A stretch of DNA of 64,000 nucleotides from Paragordius varius (taxonomy: Eukaryota; Animalia; Nematomorpha). Shown piece after piece: positions 59,856 through 64,000 of the stretch. Both the position numbers and the translations under genes were made by a program. Below the pieces are notes generated by a model. It worked only from the letters and a program-made list of their open reading frames with translations, ran no database searches and was not told where the DNA came from. The stretch's first letter is position 1; each line of letters opens with the position of its first letter. The DNA lies in NCBI GenBank assembly GCA_964247055.1, contig OZ176050.1:6572001-6636000 (forward strand). The letters are read 5' to 3'.

Positions 59856-61519
59856 AATATTTTCTTATATTTATAAAGTTTTTATGTTTAAAAATAAACA
59901 AAATTACTTAAAATATTGTTAAAGTCTTCATAATTTGTCAAATTATATTTGAACACATAAAATGGCTTTTATTCAACATTTAAATTTGATTCCGTATCCT
60001 TACTTAATTTACTGTGGAAACACACGTTCAATAGCAGTGGTTCAGGTGAAGATAATGCAAATTCTACAATTAAAATATTTTGTATGGAACATAATTTGTT
60101 TAAAAATGATTATTTTAATCATTTCTATCCTACGTATTTTTTTCTGTTGTCCATAATTTAAGTTTTCATTCAATATATTTATTTAATAATGAGACTTCAT
60201 AAAAAGTGTCATTGTGCACCGTCATTGAGCCTTGTTTTTTTGGATGCTTTATAATATTGCGATTAGGTAATGGTATAAAATTATTTTCTAACCTTTTTTG
60301 ACTTGGAATTTGGACCTTTGACCTGTGATAAAAATAGGATTCTAGGAGATCACATTTTTACAAATATTTCAATAGCTGGCAAAAGAGCTAACCAACAGTT
60401 CTACAATATCCAACCATTTTAACATCTATATTTTCGACATCCAGGGGTAAAAATCAGTAGCTGTTTGAATAGCGTTGATCTGCCAATAATGTTTTGATTA
60501 AGATTATTCGCGAAATTGTTAAAAATATTTTTTGTGCCGCTTCTTGCATCACCCAGCGCACTTTGTGATGATTTCGTATTATTTTTTTTCCAGAATATTA
60601 CAATCACTTTCTAATGTATTTGTGTTAAAAATAAATAAATATTACAATAAATTTTTTGAATAAAAACTTTTGGTTGTACCCCCCAATAAATTCCCCCCTT
60701 CTATTCCCGCTTTTTCCTTCAAAAAATCTGGTCACCTTATATATTGCGCGCTAAAAAATTTAAATATGTGCTAATAATATCAACTTACAAAATAAATGCA
60801 TACTTTAGCACAATTTCGCTGAAGCGTACTTCATATTTTTAGGCGTGGGTATATGAAAGCTTTTAAATATAACTTTTTCTATATGATTCAAAGATGCTGA
60901 AAATTTCGAAAAGTTTTGACTAAAATACATCTTGTAAATGGTGTTAAATATAATTATGTTTCATACAAAATTACACTGAAACTTGGAAGCAAAGGAATCT
61001 TTATAATGAAGGAGATAGAAATGTTGAGCATCATCGAATTCAAAAAAAATAATATCTTAAGGCGTTTTTACTTTTACATCTTGCGTCAAAGTAGTAAGAA
61101 ATACTACGCTTCAATAAAAATTTTCCAACAATCAAATTTTGAAAAAGATATAAGCATTTTTTAAAATATTTTTTTATATCAAAATGTAGCATATATTAAA
61201 AAATTTCATCGATTAATCTCACGAATTTTGCGTCTATCATAAGATAATTAACCCATTTTAGAAGAGCGAAAAAATTCGGGTTTTTCGAAGCTACATCTAA
61301 AAATTAAAATTTTTAAAAATATTTTTTTATGTATGTAGTTTATAATATATTTTTGATTTTTTTGGAATGCATTTAGCTCCCCAAAAAAATTTGCTTCGAA
61401 AAATATGCGCACATTTTGCCATTTTTTGATATTAAGCAAGTTACTAGAAAAGTGATGAGAATATAATATAACTCGTAAGAACCAAAGGCGCCATGATAAT
61501 TCTGAATTTTCCTATCAGA

Positions 61520-61563
<44 letters not shown>

Positions 61564-64000
61564 CAGCAGGATATATATTACCCTCCCCAATTTCGGACGC
61601 AGTGTAATTTGACAGTAATATTTTACAACATTATTGATAATCTCCGTTTTTATAAGCTAAGGATTTTAATTACCACAATGTCATATATAGACGTAAAATG
61701 AAATTGTAAATCTATTTTTTACAAACATAAAAAACATGTAAGCTTTAAAATAAATTAATCTTATAACTCACAGACCGTTTTAATCTAAAAGATTTTTTTA
61801 TAAATACTTGAAGGATGGTTATCCAAAATTTTGGGTTAATGAATAATAATTCATGTCTTCTAGATCTTTTCTTTTAAAGGGTCTTTCAATTATTTATAAT
61901 TTTCTTTTTATTTATTATCCCTTTGATCACTTCCTTAATTAAATATTTTTACGAATTATTTTTCTGATCCTATTCTTCAATGTCATTCCAGCCATCCACT
62001 ATTTCATTCAAAGACTATGGGGTCTGTTTTTTTTTATTCAAAATATGGTTGCTAAGATAACAAAAAATTATCATTTTTTGGTCATCTTTTGTCAGTTCTT
62101 TTTTGAAGTAGTATAAAAATGATATATAATTTTATCTCTTGATATTTTTTACTAAGTTTTGTCAGTTAATAAATATTTAACCTTGTTTTAATGAGTGCAA
62201 GAGCTATCCAATTTATAGACAACAAAACCGTATAACATAAAGGTTTTTAGTCCATAAAGGATTAATAGTTGTATTATGGAATTACTAACTCTACTCTATG
62301 GTGCAAAGAAAAAGTATGTTTTATTCATATAAAGTTTATATATGTTGGATCAAAAATATTTTACTAAAATTTTAATTATGTAATTTGAAACAAAATATTA
62401 TATTTTTCACCTTTAACAGTTATTGATACAATTTTCCATAATTGAATTCGCCCTTCAACCCTTGTTAACTAAATCGTTATTATCAATAATTATAGGGTTA
62501 ATTTACAATTCTCCACATTTTCCACAAATCAACTACACTTAGAAACAAATTTTTCCTTCACTCAAGTTTTTTATCCTTTCTGATATTACTATCATTTTAA
62601 CAGAAAATCAATTAAGAATTCTGATTCTGTAATTTTTATTGATTTTTTATAAGCATCCCTTCTTTATCAAAATTCAAAAATATTTTTATTTAAAATATTA
62701 ACAAATGCTCATTTATTCGAAAGAGTTATAAAAACTCTATAAAATGCATACTAATGTTTTACATTAATAGTTGATATTGGAGATGGGAAGCGACAAACCC
62801 GCGAAGAACATTTTTGTCAGTAAATTTCTTTCAAAACTATTGGATGTAAATAGCTCAAACTTTGTGCAGATGGTAATGAATGTCTAAAAAAGATAAGACA
62901 AAAATGTTTTCCTGATTAAAACACCTATTTATTGCTTTTAAGTCATGCAAAGCAGCATTTCTAATAAAGATGAAGCTTTATAGACGTTTAGACGCTTCAT
63001 AAAGTGACCTTTTACTAATCGAGAATATAAATAAATATAAAAATACTTATCATTTCCACTTTGTTCTCTTGAAAGTTTCTCTTTAATTTAAAATAATTTA
63101 TTCATCAACTAGACAGATGTTTCAGAACCTGCATATTTTCCAGTTGTCCTAAAAATGGACATTTGTCATATGTTATATGAAGGTCAAATATTAAATTTGG
63201 AAACACGACTGAATCAGATATCATCACATATGATTACTTTATTGAAAGTTTCAAAACCCGAAAAAGAATTAACATAGGGAAAGCTTAGGGAAAAAATCTA
63301 TTATATTTAAAATAATATCTTCAACGTTGTTTAGCAATATAGTTCTTGCATCAACCAAAATTTCAAGGTATTCTTTGCAAACATATAATTCAGGACCTTT
63401 TTTGCCTAACAATAAGAATTCTTTAATCCACATTCAAGACATCAAATTCATAAAAACATTGAGACCCCAAATATAATAAACATTATTATAAACAATCGAT
63501 TGTTCATATAATTAAAAATGATTTATTCTAATTTAATTTAATTGAATAGGTTGGATTAAAAATTTAAACTATACCTTTTCTTATTAAGATATAAATTAAC
63601 TTTAAATAATTATGAGTATACTCCTAGGATATTGTTTTTTGAGAACACAATTATATATCTCATTTTTTTATTTTTATAATATAGATTATTAATTGGAAGC
63701 TCATTCAAAATTCACATATTTAGGAAAAGGAATGTAATTATTGAAATTTGAATTAAATATAGCGCAGGGATATTTTTCATTATATATCCTAATGTGATGA
63801 ATCTCTGATTATTTTAAAATTTTATAATTATTCAGATTCTGAAAAATGGCAATTCTTTTGAAATATAACTAATTTTCTAATAAATTGGTTTATACATTTG
63901 GAGTTAACCATAAAATATAGGTAAAAACATAATTGGAAAAATTTAAAATGTGAATAGGTATTGGGAATCTAAAAATTGATATCTTTAGCTTTTTAGGTGC

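Larger units (their letters stand above)
56925..60739 (+). mobile_element. Blackjack-type hAT transposon with a frameshifted transposase
   Basis: TIR TAAGGTGACCAGA / TCTGGTCACCTTA and perfect 8-bp TSD TATATTGC (56917-24 and 60740-47). Subterminal GTCCCGC motifs and a duplication of about 125 bp at 57770-57990. Confidence 0.93.

Noticed and set aside
61780-63460. Possible minus-strand coding pieces (WMAGMTLKNRIRK; WIKEFLLLGKKGPELYVCKEY)
   Set aside because: The first looks like a heavily decayed LINE 3' region and the second is an isolated short frame. Neither can be joined or identified with confidence.

Overview
Very AT-rich eukaryotic, animal-type genomic DNA that uses the standard code and is densely filled with transposons. 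No prokaryotic features, CRISPR array, rRNA or tRNA gene were found. Three spliced host genes can be reconstructed by hand. (1) An ARH3/ADPRS-type ADP-ribosylglycohydrolase on the minus strand (about 2789-5474). (2) A secreted CAP/CRISP protein with a C-terminal ShK-like domain on the plus strand (25095-32056, middle exons unresolved). (3) A greatly expanded O-GlcNAcase (OGA/MGEA5) on the minus strand (32604-55707). The rest is nested mobile DNA: RTE-type LINEs, non-autonomous Helitrons, Blackjack-type and other hAT elements, a TTAA-targeting MITE family, a Chapaev3-like element, a rearranged Ty3/gypsy element and foldback elements. Two observations stand out. First, OGA and ARH3 can only be read in register with their orthologues by removing ultra-short GT-AG introns of 21-25 nt, which sit in the same genes as kb-sized, TE-filled introns. 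Second, there are three HDV-like ribozyme cores. One begins at the exact 5' nucleotide of a full-length RTE whose boundaries are independently fixed by a 13-bp target-site duplication. All alignments were done by eye against remembered orthologue motifs; no database search was run.
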